A stretch of DNA of 64,000 bases from Euprymna scolopes (taxonomy: Eukaryota). Each line of letters opens with the position of its first letter. Position 1 is the first letter of the stretch. Positions 39,001 to 51,125 of the stretch are shown in pieces. The stretch is from the NCBI GenBank assembly GCA_053919585.1, contig CM132787.1, one strand, 5' to 3'. Under the pieces are notes generated by a model. That model ran no database searches and was not told the DNA's origin. It saw only the letters and a list, made by a program, of their open reading frames with translations. Position numbers and translations under genes: made by a program.

Positions 39001-42000
39001 GTTGGATTTGTTTGACCCTAAGCCTGGTTTAAGCTTATTTTTAGATTGTACTGTCATCATGTTTTTTAACGAGTTTCAGTTGGGTTAGGATAAACCGAAC
39101 AGGAGATTATGCAGAATATCCCACATGCCCCACAAGTAGACCATCAGCTGACCCTCCATCAACTAGGACTGTGGCCTCAGGAAAGCCCACCGGGGATGAG
39201 TGTAGGGTCCCTTTCCATGCGCGCCATGGCACTGCAAACAACCTGATATTATTCAACTGTTGATGGAGCAGCCGCTCTAAGCGCTACCAAAGAGTTAGGG
39301 CTCCTGTACTACCAGTCGAAACAGCAGCCAGTAACTGTCAATCCGGTACCCTCAACCCATCAGAGGAAGGTCAACCCAATCTAATTGCTCAGGCATATGT
39401 GGTACTCAAGCATTCTCAAGTGCCCAGCTTTAGGGATGGGGTGTGTCGGGAGTGGGGAAACGGCGTTCATTGCCCTAGACAAGAAACAAGATCTACCACT
39501 GGGTGTTTCTGTCGAATCACTGTGATAGTATCTCTGCGCCTGACTAATAGGCAAAGAAGGAGTATGGAAGCCGGGCGATAGGCAGGACCTATCTACTCCT
39601 TAAGCATTTTAGGTTTGCAAACCGGTAATTTGATTGAGTCACCAGCTTAGTTTCAGAGTTTTCCTTCTCCTAGACGGATGATCTGGAAAGATCTACTGGG
39701 TCCGTCACCACTGAGAGGGTTTGCTCCGCGCCTGGGTTCTAATCCAGGTATTTCTGCGACCCCGCGTGGTTAGTTAATGTTATTGGGTTAGTTTGTAGAG
39801 GTTATATCTGCTAAATAGTTACACTCCTCAAAGTGGATTAGGGACATTGTTATTTCATTGTTACTCGATAAAGGGGTTGAGTAGAGCTCATGCAGTGTAA
39901 GCAACTATGATTGTAAGGAGGCTTGTTAGGAGGAGATAATGTGGTCTGAGGCTTTCTCTTTTGTATATATATATATTTTTTATTTTTTCCTTTTATTTTT
40001 TTTATTTTATTTTTTTTTATTCATGTGAGCTTGGGTCTAGTATAATATTAGAGTGTGAGTAGGTGTTAAGAATTGAACTACGAGTTGTGCCCAAACTATA
40101 TTTTAGATGATAGCAGGGCATGAGATGCGAGTGCAATATAGTACGGGTAAAACAGTAAGTTTTGAGTCATGTGTAATTTGGTAAATAGATATATGGGCTG
40201 GTTTTAGTAGGTAACCTGGTTAAAAAAGGGCATTACTATGCTTTCATTTCCATTGCTATTGGGAGAGGGTATAGGTAAAAATTCGTGCAGTGGAAGCAGC
40301 TAAATTTGCTACAGTATTGGATTGAGAGAGACGAGTTAATGTATGGTTAGATATAGTTTTGTAAGTTTAGGAATGAATGATTAGATATGGTTTAGTAGGT
40401 TTAGGATTAGGATAAAGTGTTAGGGTATGATTTACTTGTTATTAGAAATTCTGATTTGGTGCCCAAACCGAATATTTAGTAAGACTGAAAGATAAGCTAT
40501 GCTCAGTATAGATACAAGAGAACATTTGATATGGAGTACAGTTATACCTGATAGATATAGGTTATTGCATATGTTGTAAATATAGTTAAATATAGATGGA
40601 TGGATAAGTAGTATTGTATACGAATGCATGGAATTTTGGGCAATTTGAGTAAGTTGCCTTTAGACTACAACGAAGGAGAATGACTTCGCCTTTCTCTTAA
40701 TATCCGGAAGTTTTTATTTCAATGAGTACCGGTTTAGTTTGTGTAATGATTATTGCAATACTATCTCTTAATAAAGAGATATTAATGGTTGCTGTTCATT
40801 ATAGATTACTTTAAGTCAATGTATAGGACTATGGCTAGTAAGTATTTACTTAGAAGCTTGGTTTTGGGTTAGGAGTTTTAATCAGGAGCATGCCTAGGAA
40901 ATTTTGGTTGTTAATGGGTATCGATTTACGAGTCTGTTAGGGTCAAGGGCGGAGAGCAAGGACCCCTCTAAGTTACGTGACAACGGATTAGGTTAAGTGG
41001 CAACTTGAGAAATAGAGCAGTTTGATTTGTTAGTGATCAGGAGAAAGAGAATTTAAGTAAAAAATAAAAAAGTTTGTCATGCAAACAGACAATGCAGTCA
41101 TCTTGGAGGTAAAGTATCTATAGGGGGTACTTAGTATACAACCAGCAGTAGTTTTGAGAGGAATTTTAGGTACAATAGTTTCATGGTTTGTTGTACAAGT
41201 CCGTAGTCTAGGTCAGGGACGAAGCACTTCTAATATTGCAACTGGGTGTATCTAATTTTAAAAGTAGTTGAATAGAGTATTATGAGGTGTTCTACTTAGC
41301 TTAGGGATAGAAAGAAAATTTAAGGTAATATTCAGAGTGATACAAGCAATTTCATGAGGATTAGATATATGATCACTGGATGTTATGCTGCTCAGAAGAA
41401 TTCTTGTATCTATTCGGAAGGATGTCTTGGTGATATAAGATTTGAGAAATTAAGAGTCTGAGGATACAGAAAGTTGTGAGCTGATGAGGATTCAGTACAG
41501 GCGATTATATATAGTTAACAAAGGTGGTTTAGTTTAGTACGCACGTATTGTACATATTAAGTATACTGCTTCAGTTCTATCCTCTATTGTAAAGGAAACC
41601 CCGTCTGCATTTCGATTGGCAATTTTGTCAAAAGAGGAAATTTAAAACAGCTTATCTAATTTTTGATGATATCAGTTTATAGACAATTGTACAGACTGAT
41701 AGAATGTTGTGTCAGACATAGGAGCCCATCGTCTTCGTATTTTGATGAAATGATGGATCAAGGGATCAAGAGCATAGGTGTCCGGAAAGGAAATGGCAGT
41801 GTACAAGGAATGGGGGGGTCATTGATATCTTATTAACGTTATTTTAATTGAGAAAATTAACATTAAAAAAAAATAACCTTGCGATGGCTGATTTATATTA
41901 AGTAACGTACTTAAATAAAGTTTTCATATCCTCTAAATAAATTAGCATAATTTCTTTTTTTTTTTAACCGAGTTTATCTTTACTATAGCATTGACTTATT

Positions 42001-42440
42001 ATTTAAGTGAGATGGGATTTGTAAACTGCGAAATGGTCTATTTAAGTGGAGAAAATTATCGGTTACAATATGCCTGGAAATGTAAAGAATATTTGCTTTA
42101 AATTTCATGCTAAACAGTTAAAGATTTTACTTAGCTTTGGTTTTCTTTTCTTGGACACTCGAGACTAAAAACCAGGGTGGTCGTTTCTCTTGGCCTCGCA
42201 AGGTCAAATGGCATTTGTAGTACCAAGATGCTATCTATTCAGTAGAGGACTTGGTAGGCTACTTTAGGGGGAGGGGGTCACTTAGTGAAAAGTTCACATT
42301 TGGCGGCGCGACAATGTTTCCTCGCTTGTGTATCATTTTCAGAGATATTAATGTTAACAATTGAATACGCGTTCCAAACAAATATGATGGAAATAAAATA
42401 ATAGCATATATAACGTAAAATAATAGCATATATAACGTAC
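36061..42440 (-). mobile_element. 6.4-kb insertion: single-ORF CR1/L2-group LINE with A-tail and ~3.4-kb non-coding 5' region
   Basis: Absent from duplicate copy 1; AATAT at both junctions (36056-36060, 42441-42445); T-tract at the left end. Confidence 0.8.
36150..39060 (-). pseudogene. LINE ORF2 (APE endonuclease plus reverse transcriptase, ~970 codons), one in-frame TAA at 38086 and one frameshift near 36385
   Basis: TNIRGL, LSET, GDFN, LDLFL, ADH (APE); YRPISLL, QYGFR, DISKAFD, GVPQGSILGP, YADD, LLGL (RT); SSFFPRTARLWN tail. Confidence 0.95.
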
Positions 42441-45400
42441 AATATCAACTTCTCTTTTAAGTTTACCAGTTTTTATAAAATTAGCAACACCCCTTTTAAG
42501 TTTACTAGTTTTTATATAACAACATCTCTTTTTAATTACCAGTTTTGATATAATTAGCAACATCGCCTTTTAGTTTACACGTTTTTATATCATAGAAAAA
42601 CTCAAGTTATGAATTTTTATATAATTAGCAACATCTCTTTTTAATTTACCAGTTTTTATATAATGAGCAACATATCTTCTAGGTTTACAAGCTATAGTAA
42701 ATTAGCAACATCTCATTATCGTGTACCAGTTTCAATATAATAGCAACCCCTTTCTTAGTGTACCAGTTTTTATATAATAGCAATATCTCTTTTTAGTTTA
42801 CCAGTTTTTTTTATAATAAGCAACATCACTTTTTAATTACCAGTTTTTATATAATAGCAAATTCTCTTCTTAGTTTACCAGTTTTGATATAATTAGCAAT
42901 GCCGCTTTTCAGTTTAATAGTTTCTATATAATAACAGCATCAGTTCTTAATTATGAGTTTTTGTATAATTAGCAACATCGTTTGTCAGTTTAACAGTTTT
43001 TATATAATTAGCAACATCGCCTTTTAGTTTACAAGTTTTTATATAATAGCAACTCTCTATTTAGTTTAAGAGGTTTTACATAATTAGCAACACCTCTTTA
43101 TAATTTACCAGTGTTATATAATTAGCAAAATATCGCTTTTTAGCTTACAAGCTATAGTAAATTAGCAACATCCCTTTTTCGTGTACCAGTTTCAATATAA
43201 TAGCTTTATCTTTGCTTAGTCTACCTGTTTTTATATAATAGCAACATATCTTTTTAGTTCACCAGTTTTTATATAATTGGCAAAATCTCGTTCTAGGTTA
43301 TAAGTTGTATATATTAGCAACATCTCTTTTTAACTTGCCTAGTTGTTATATAATTAGCAACTTCTCTTTTTTAGTTTACCAGATTTATGTAATGAGGAAC
43401 ATTAGCAACATCTGTTTTTAGTTTACCAGTTTTATATAATAGCAACTTCTCTTTTTAGTTTACCAGTTTTTACATAATTAGCAACATTAGTAACATCTCT
43501 TTTTAGTTACCCGGCTTTATATAAAAGCAACATCTCTTTAAGTCTAGTAGTTTTTATATTATTAGTACACATCTCTTTTTAGTTTACCAGTTTTATATAA
43601 TAGCAACTTCAATTCTTAGTTTTACAGTTTTGATTAAATTAGCAACATCTATTTAAGTTTACCAGTGTTATATAATTAAAACATTTTTACCAGTTTTTTA
43701 TAATAACCACTTCTTTTCTTAGCTTACCAGTTTTGATATAATTAGCAACATCACTTTTCAGTTTTCCAGTGTTTGTATAATAGAAACTTCTCTTCTTAGT
43801 TTACCAGTTTTGATATAATTAGCAACACACCCTTTCAGTTTAATAGTTTTTATATAATGACAGCATCTCTTTTTAATTAGCAGTTTTAATAAAATTAGCA
43901 TCATCTCTTCACAGTTTATCAGTTTTTATATTATTAGCAACATCTCTTTTTAGTTTACAAGTTTTATATAATAGCAACTCTCTATTTAGTTTATTCGTTT
44001 TTATATAATTAGCAACATCCTTTTTTAACTCACCAGTTTTATATAATTAGCAAAAATCCCTTTTTAGTTTACAAGCTATAGCAACGTCTCCTTTTCTTGG
44101 ACCAGTTTCAATATAATACCAACGTCTTTTCTTAGTGGACCATATAGTGGTTTATATAATTGCAACATCTCTTTTCTTCTCAATTTACCAGCTTTTACTT
44201 AATATAAACTTCTCTTCTTAGTTTACCAGTTTTGATTAAATTAGCAATATCCCTTTTTAGTTTACCAGTTTTATATAATAGCAAAATTTCTACTTATTTT
44301 ACCAGTGTTTTATAATAGCCACTTCTCTTCTTAGTTTACCAGTTTTTATAGAATTAGCAACATCAATTTTAGTTTACCAGTCTTTATTATTTAGTAACAT
44401 TCCTTTTTTAGTTTACTAGTTTTTATATAATAACAAAAGCTCTTTTTAATTACTAGTTTTTATATAATTAGCAACATCCATTCTCAGTTTCCCAGGTTTT
44501 ATATAATTAGCAACATCTCTTTTAGTTTACAAGGTTTTATATAATAGCAACTCTATTTAGTTTATGAATTTTTATATAATTAGCAATATCTCTTTTTAAT
44601 TTATCAGTTTTAATATAATTAGTAACATCTCTTTTTAGTATGCAAGCTATAGTAAATTAGCAACATCTCTTTTTAGTGTAACAGTTCGAATATAATTGCA
44701 CCCCCTTTCTTATTGTACCAGTTCTTATATAATAGTTACATCTTTTAGTTTACCAATTTTCATATAATTAACAACATCGCTTTTTAGTTTACCAGTTTTA
44801 TATAATAGCAACATCTCTTTTTAACTTAACCAGTTTTTATATAATTAGCAACATCTCCTTTTACCAGGTTATATATAATGAGCAACATTAGTAACATCCC
44901 TTTTTAGTTGACCAGTTTTTATATAATAGCAACATCTCTTTTTAGTTTACCAGTTTTTTTATATAATTAGCAACCTTAGCAACACATCTTTTAAATTTAC
45001 TAGTTTTATATAATAGCAACGTTTATTTTAACTTAACAAGTTTTTATATAATTAGCCACTTCTATTATAGTTTACCAGTTTTTACATAGTTAGCAACATT
45101 AAAAACATCTTTTTTAGTTTATAAGTTTAATATAATAGCAACATCTCTTTTTAGTTTACCAGTTTTTATATAATATCCACTTCTCTTCTTAGTTAACCAG
45201 TTTTATATAATAGCAACATCTTTTCTCAATTTACCAGTTGTTATATAATAGCCACTTCTCTTCTTAGTGGAACATCTTTGATTAAATTAGCAACATCACT
45301 TTTTTGTTTTCCAGTTTTATATAATAGCAACATTTCCTCTTATTTTACCAATTTTTTTATAATAGTCACTTCTCCTCTTAGTTTACCAGTTTTTATATAA

Positions 45401-45638
45401 TTAGCAACACCCCTTTTCAGTTTAATAGTTTTTATATAATAGCAACTTCTATTCTTAGTTTACCAGTTTTATATAATAGCATCATCGCTTCTTTGTTTAT
45501 CAGTGTTTTATATAATAGCAACATCTCTTTTTAATTTACCAGTTTTTCTGTAATTGCAACTTTTCTTCTTAGTTTATTTGTTTTTACATAATCGCAATAT
45601 CTCTTCTTATTTTACCAGTTTTCATATAATAGCAATAT
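42441..45638. repeat. ~38-bp minisatellite, array 2, right part
   Basis: Visible periodicity; 42441-44106 matches array 1 without the mariner. Confidence 0.95.
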
Positions 45639-45770
45639 TTAAGCTGGTAGATCTAGCGCTAGTCCCCCCCATCTTTTGAGGATAAAAGAGTCTCCAATCT
45701 AATAGGTCAAGGCCTATCAACCAAACTGCAACCTCTGTTCCATCGCTTTAATCTTTCGTCCTTCTGTCAG

Positions 45771-45838
45771 TTTTTTTTTTTTTACACAGTGATCACCACT
45801 TATCAAGGCCCGGAAGCCACTCAGGGATAAGGGTTATT
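45771..45838 (-). mobile_element. Extremely 5'-truncated LINE family A (3' tail only); similar at 46044-46120 (minus) and 49860-49930 (plus)
   Basis: taacccttatcc..gagtggc..gccttgataag..gtga..A-tail, as at 53885-53950. Confidence 0.8.
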
Positions 45839-47204
45839 ATGTCTGCAGACAAAGAATTCTTACTAACTTATTTTTCGACCTAACTTATTTTTCAATATGT
45901 TTTTAATTTTCTATTGTTCGTTCTTCTCTAACTGACCTTATTTTAATTCAGTTTTCATAAAAAGAATTGGAGAATTAAAATTCCTTTTCAACAATATATC
46001 TATTTTATGTGAAGCTGAACAATGCAAAATTCCTTTCTGAATCTTTTTTTTATACATAGGCATCACCACATTATCAAGGCCAATAGGCCACTCAAGGATA
46101 AGGGTTAAAGATTGTACATTAGAAATTGGACAATATAGTAATCATTAGTAATGAAAATTTGGAAAATTTGATAACTTATATGGAAACAGTTTTACAAAAG
46201 ATGTGCTCAGATGAATTCATAGCACTTGATTCCCTTTTTATTGTAGAGGTTTCTAGATGCCGAAAATCCATTTGCTCTAGCCTTATTTTCAACTCTGGTT
46301 TTGGAATTATCCCTCTGTATTTCATATTTCCACGACTATACTAAAATGCAGAACTTTAAATTTAATGTTAACAGATATCTCGCTGCTCAACACACTACAT
46401 AGTCTCCTGTAGAAATGATCCCAGGTAATAGCCCTTTTCCTACCAAATGTTGATATGCATCGTTTAGGATGAATAAAAGTTTAAAACAAATGAAGAAAAA
46501 GATATTTTGATATTAATGCAAAATACACAAGGCGTTTTCATTATTTTATCTAAACACTGTATATGAATAGCTATAGATAAAACAAACATAGATTCATCAA
46601 CAGCTACAGGAGAAAATAAAGTAGGAATGAATGTATATGAGGTATTAATTAAAAGGGTCAAACGTGTAGGCAGAGAAACCGTTCCATGAAATGGCCAGAA
46701 ATCCATTCGTGTATGGGAAAGACTCAAGATCCGTTTGTCTAAGACAAACATCGGATTAACAAGAGATTTGGGATTTACGAGGTTTTCTCTTTGTTTGAAA
46801 AACAAAAGAGCATTCTGATTGGTCAACATTTCTATGACGTATCTGCACTTCCGGGTTAGAAAATATTCGAAGAAAACTTTACATGAGATTATATAAAGAT
46901 AAACCTGATCGATTCATCCGTCAATGCTTGCCCATGACTCGAAGAAATCGTACACAAACTTACCCCTTTCCCGAGTAAAGACGTAATGGGTAAGATATTC
47001 CTTTTCGCTTTCCTACTTTCTCTTTCTCACAGAAAAGATTTTGTTAGTATATTTCTGCGCTATCCCATTGAACTAAAAAGAAAAAAAAAAGATTACAAAA
47101 ATAACTGCAAGCAGAGATAATCCACGCCGTCTGAAATAAATTCAGAAAAAATCCTTCACTCATAATAAACTATCAACGGTAGATGTTATTCTCTTTAGAC
47201 CATC

Positions 47205-47409
47205 AGAAATTGTTTACATGTTTTGTAACGCACGATAGTTCAGTCCTATTCTATAAAATATTAATAACAACAACTATTAGAAAGACTTACATTAGAAAAC
47301 AAATAGCAAATAGGACAACAATGATATCAGAAAGAAATCTGTCATCTATATATCAAATAAATATGAGTAAGTCAATGCTTGATGCTGTTTTTTCCTATAA
47401 GACTCTAGA

Positions 47410-47461
<52 letters not shown>

Positions 47462-47962
47462 TATACATATATATTTATCTCGACGATTATATATTAGGTT
47501 GGTGCAAATAAATAAATAGTTTTTATATTTTTTTTGTCTGGCAAATAATTTACGCCGCTAAACTACACATTTACCAAAACAAAAAATAAACGCACGCATT
47601 AATGTTTATAAACGTTATTTTTGTAGGTTCACAAAATCGTTAGTTTTCTTAGGACAGCGATCCCTTCTGCCGAAATATCTAGTGGAGAGGGTATCAGATA
47701 CTCCTTTTTGGGGCGATTACGTTTACCTGAATCCACAGAACTGTATAAATGTCTCCCTCATCATCCTCATATGTATTGGCCCAATATGAACTCCGCATAT
47801 CCCTTAAAAATGTCCCCCGCTATTCAACAATTGTTCACGTGTTTGTCAACCCACGATAGTTCAGTCCTATCCTATTGAAATAATAGTAGCAACAACTATC
47901 AGAACGACTTACATTAGAAAGCAAATAGCAAGTAGGACAACGATGATATCAGAAAGAAATCC

Positions 47963-48011
<49 letters not shown>

Positions 48012-48276
48012 TACAATACGTTTACCAAGGTAATCAAAATGGTAAACTTAAAATATATTATAAATATTAAAGAGTTAATGTTTACAAGTAAAGTAATCTC
48101 AACCAGATGTAAAAGCTCAATAAAGCCGAAAAGGAAATATAGCTTATAATATGAACACATGATTAATAAAACATGTTAAAAGACATCTTGAAAAAGAGTT
48201 AAAAACATATTTAATTTTAAAAAAGGAAGCACAAGATAAGTGGATAGTCCTTAATCCGCGGAGTTTCGAAGATATT

Positions 48277-48347
<71 letters not shown>

Positions 48348-49249
48348 ATATATAAAAGCGAAAATATGTGTGCATTTTTTTATGTATGTCCGGTAAAGGT
48401 TTTTTTTTTTTGGGGGGGGGTTCTCGGGTTGGTCGTTCATTCTCATAATTTTTTTCATACTGTCTAAATTATAATATCTACCAGTTACGAATGGAGGTCG
48501 CGTCGATCTTTAATTTGTCCGACTTTTACACACTATTTTCGAGATTTTTTTTTCACTCGCCTTTGTTTCGCTTTTCAGGATAAAACCGAAACTGAATCTG
48601 TAGCATCAGATCTCTTGTAACAAGGACGTTCAGAAAAACAATAAAGTTTGATCAATGCGGGGGAAGCCTCTTATATCAGACAATTGCTATTCATTGGAAC
48701 ACTCCCCTTTTTATAGGGAGCTGATTTTCCCCTCACCAACATCTTGGGAAAACAAACAGCCAAAGTTGGGGGAAAAAAAGACAAAAAGAAAAAAAAAAAC
48801 AGCCTCGCTTCGAAATATCACTGCGAGATATGTTTGACCTTATTAGCATTACAATCGCGCATCTAAGTTTTAATTGTCAAATTAAATCACTTTTTTGTTA
48901 CTTTACCGTGGTGGGCGAGTGAGTTACATGCTATGATTTTTTTCCACCTTCGCCTTAAGGTTCCAGGTTCGATCCTACCTACCAAAACTTTTTTCTTTTT
49001 CTTTTACTATATGGGCAGTTCTTTTTTCCGATTTTTTAAAGAAGTTTAACATCGTTTTTTGTGACCCCCCAAAACACACACACCTCCAAACACTCGGGCA
49101 ACGCCGGGCACTCCGCTAGTTCTAAATAAAATAAATATGAGTAAGTCAATGCTTGATGCTATTTTTTTCTTTAGAACTAGAAATAATAATAATTTATAAT
49201 ATATCTCTATATCTTCTATTATCTAGTAGATTGGTGCAAAAATAATGCC

Positions 49250-49250
<1 letters not shown>
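47205..49250. repeat. Older local duplication; second copy split by an insertion
   Basis: 47205-47520 matches 47828-47965 joined to 49120-49250. Confidence 0.7.
48345..49119 (+). mobile_element. Non-autonomous Helitron-like element with B-box cassette
   Basis: TCtatatataaaag start; ctcgggcaacgccggg plus CTAG|T end; GGTTCGATCC at 48967. Confidence 0.75.
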
Positions 49251-49292
<42 letters not shown>

Positions 49293-49326
49293 GTCAAAAA
49301 CGACATTATTTTTGCACTAAACGAAT
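49226..49326. mobile_element. Mariner mini-MITE (MADE1-like): two TIRs around (TA)n
   Basis: ttggtgcaaaaataatgccgtttt / aaaacgacattatttttgcactaa. Confidence 0.7.
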
Positions 49327-50061
49327 AAAAGTCACTTTGTGTATATGTGTGTGTGTGCGCGCGGTGGGTGTGAGTTCCGTTTTTATAGGTTCCAAAACGG
49401 CTGAGCCTATCTTTTGCAAATTTCACACAAAGATAATTTATATGTCTGGCGGTGTTCTTAGATATGTTTTGTACAGAAATTCATCCGATAAGAATCGAAA
49501 ATCGAAAAAATCCGATCTTAAAAATAATCTTTCTTCTCTTATAGATGAAAAGGATTTTTAAGTTACCCCGGTGTAACCTTGGCCGGTGTAATGTAAAATA
49601 TTCTTTTTTTTATCTTTATAATTATATTTAAGAGACGAAAAACTATTTTTAAGACCGTCAAGCCCAAATATCAGCTGACGTGATATTGTAAACAAACACA
49701 GACGGAATTCGATGAACAATATTATCATTATTATTTTTTTGATTTTCTTGTTTTGCGAAATAGTCCATATAGATAAAATATTCCTAGCAATATATACTAC
49801 TCGATAGAGGATTGATTCCCCCAATACTAATGATTACTACAATACTATCTCGTTGATTACTGTACACGCAATAACCCTTATCCGTGAGTGGCCTTTAGGC
49901 CTTGATAAATGGTGACCTCCATATAAAAAAGAAAAAAATTCTTCATAAATTATCATTTATGGTGACTAAAAGAAAAGAAAAAAAACAATACCTTTGATAT
50001 TATAAAGTTTTGAGATGAGGATAGAAAATTCCAATATTTTACTGTTACAATCTAGGGTGTT

Positions 50062-51125
50062 TTTTTTCACAACGTTTCGATCGATATAACCTTCGACTTT
50101 CTTTATGTTTATCTTCGCGAACTCGAGTATTTTTTCTGTCGAACAATGCTTCGGACGACATAATCTTCGACATTCTTCAGGTGTCTCTTGTCGAACTCAG
50201 GAGTCTTTCTTTTTGAACTTGGAATCTGCATAGAATTTCGAACGGAATCCTTTATTTAATCCACGGTTTAGCATCTTCACGTACTATAATCCATGACTGT
50301 TTAAGAGTACTAAGAAATGTCCAAGAGTATTGCCTGGACTAAGGATTGAACCTTAATCCTTAATAGAATGTAACTTACAATTGAAGTTTGCTAAGTAACG
50401 GGTGTCCAAAAAGTCACCGAAGGATTTTGAACTTAAATCAATTCTTCATTTTTGATGGCATCTTTCTGTAATTTTAATACAATCTGACTAAGATGATAGA
50501 AAATTTCCAAAAATAAATGCAAACTTCAAGCAATCTTTTATTTACGAAAAATAAAATCTTTTAAATGTTGCCTATTTTCAGCTTTGCATACTTGTGCTCT
50601 TTCCAAAACATTATTCCTGACAAATTGCAGAATCTCTGGATTGCGATTTAATCCTCTTATTTCGTTCCTGATGTTTTCCTTGAGTTTTTGCAATGTTTGG
50701 GGTTTGTTAATATAGACTCGTTCTTTAAAATATTTCCACAAGAAAAAGTCGGGACTAGTCAAGTCTGGGGAACGTGGTAGGCATTTGCCATTGGCATAGC
50801 GAGAGGTAATGTTGAGTCAAAACAATTGACCTCTGCTTTTGGTAAAACATTTTCACAACTTGCGTGCGTTGTTCAATAATATACTTATCCATAATTAATT
50901 TTCAAAATATTATCTATAAAATATCTGAAATGGAGCAAAAAATAACCATTAATGGTAAAATGACAAAGATTTTCAATCCTTGAGTGACTTTTGGACACCC
51001 TATACTTGGTTCTTTACGCCACAAGGTCGTGCAGATTTTTTGAGTTCGACAGAAATATTCGCAAGTTCGATAAAATACACCTGAAGAACGTTGGAGGTTA
51101 TACCGACCGAAACCTTATGAAAATA
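50062..51125. mobile_element. Penelope-like non-autonomous element with inverted hammerhead-like termini
   Basis: cacCTGAAGA..stem..GAAA at 51077-51113; inverted degenerate copies at about 50070-50110 and 50140-50185. Confidence 0.5.
50399..51001 (-). mobile_element. Internally deleted Tc1/mariner element (rosa/maT-like)
   Basis: TIRs gggtgtccaaaaagtcac / gtgacttttggacaccc; PRSPDLTSPDFFLWKYFKERVY. Confidence 0.85.

Larger units (their letters stand above)
31743..44106. repeat. Tandem segmental duplication, copy 2 (contains the 6.4-kb LINE insertion)
   Basis: Starts ggaagagaaaagggcatc (equals 24370) and ends cttggaccagt (equals 31742). Confidence 0.92.

Noticed and set aside
40380-40430. TTAGG-like motifs as interstitial telomere
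   Set aside because: Only a few imperfect copies in a G/T-biased stretch
28491-45638. Regularly spaced ~38-bp repeats as a CRISPR array
   Set aside because: Contiguous degenerate monomers without unique spacers, no cas genes, eukaryotic context
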